From Podarcis erhardii (Eukaryota), in NCBI GenBank assembly GCA_964252035.1, contig OZ176211.1: 64,000 bases of DNA; one strand, written 5' to 3'. The notes under the pieces are model-generated. The model was not told where the DNA came from, searched no databases, and saw only the letters and a list, made by a program, of their open reading frames with translations. This document shows positions 63,595 to 64,000 of the stretch, piece by piece (position 1 is the stretch's first letter; every line of letters begins with the position of its first letter). A program made the position numbers and the translations under genes.

Positions 63595-63865
63595 ACTTCT
63601 TTCTTTTTTCTTCTTTTGGTGATCACTTGTAGTCGAGTAAGATTGTCTTCCATGGAAACAAACTTAACAGTGAGTCCATAAGTGACTGTGGAGGCCAATT
63701 CTGGATCCACACATCCTTCCACAGTGGGGACATAGGTTTCCATGCAGGAGTTGATCATAGTGAGATTCGCCGAATGTGCCTTCCTCTTAGCTTGTTTCTC
63801 CTTTTTGCCCTGAGTTCGTGCTTCTTCAGAGTCCACAACACCTTGGTATCCACACCACAACATAG
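63595..63865 (-). mobile_element. RTE-clade LINE 3' fragment
   Basis: Minus strand reads EEARTQGKKEKQAKRKAH, then after a frameshift HYDQLLHGNLCPHCGRMCGSRIGLHSHLWTHC* (RTE C-terminal CxxC…HxxxH), then a short 3' UTR and a GAA-rich tail. Confidence 0.85.
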
Positions 63866-64000
63866 TTTACATTAAAAACTTTTGTGTTGAGTTGGTATCT
63901 TCTCATTCCAGGGATCAGATTGGTAACTTCTGATGTCTGCCTACTAATCAGGGCTGTCTTAAGCATATGTGACACTGGGGTGCAAAGATCTGCCTGGCGC

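Noticed and set aside
63570-63863. 97-aa minus-strand ORF as a neighbouring host gene
   Set aside because: It is explained as a frameshifted RTE LINE ORF terminus.
54098-64000. Final PHF14 coding exon (EDENE…-like acidic tail, from recall)
   Set aside because: No matching segment with a suitable acceptor was seen; it probably lies beyond the window.

Overview
Vertebrate genomic DNA from a squamate reptile; the Sauria SINE and the MITE/SINE repertoire suggest a lacertid lizard. The whole window lies inside one + strand gene, PHF14 (PHD finger protein 14). Twelve internal coding exons (3688-54097) can be reconstructed by hand. They have canonical phases and read as one continuous frame encoding the end of the PZP/extended PHD2 module, the coiled-coil region, PHD3 and PHD4. 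The 5' exons and the last coding exon lie outside the window. One intron has a GC donor. The 24.4-kb intron that splits PHD4 (29626-53979) holds the most interesting signals: an alternative last exon (…ENLVR-YSS*), a 37-nt frameshifting micro-exon candidate, a recursive-splice-like acceptor/donor, and an antisense solo LTR. The remaining intronic DNA carries Tc1/mariner (Tigger/pogo-like) and hAT MITEs, tRNA-derived SINEs, CR1, L2 and RTE LINE fragments, and microsatellites. Almost all ORFs in the supplied track are chance ORFs or overlap these exons and repeats. Family and orthology assignments come from recalled sequence knowledge; no database search was run.
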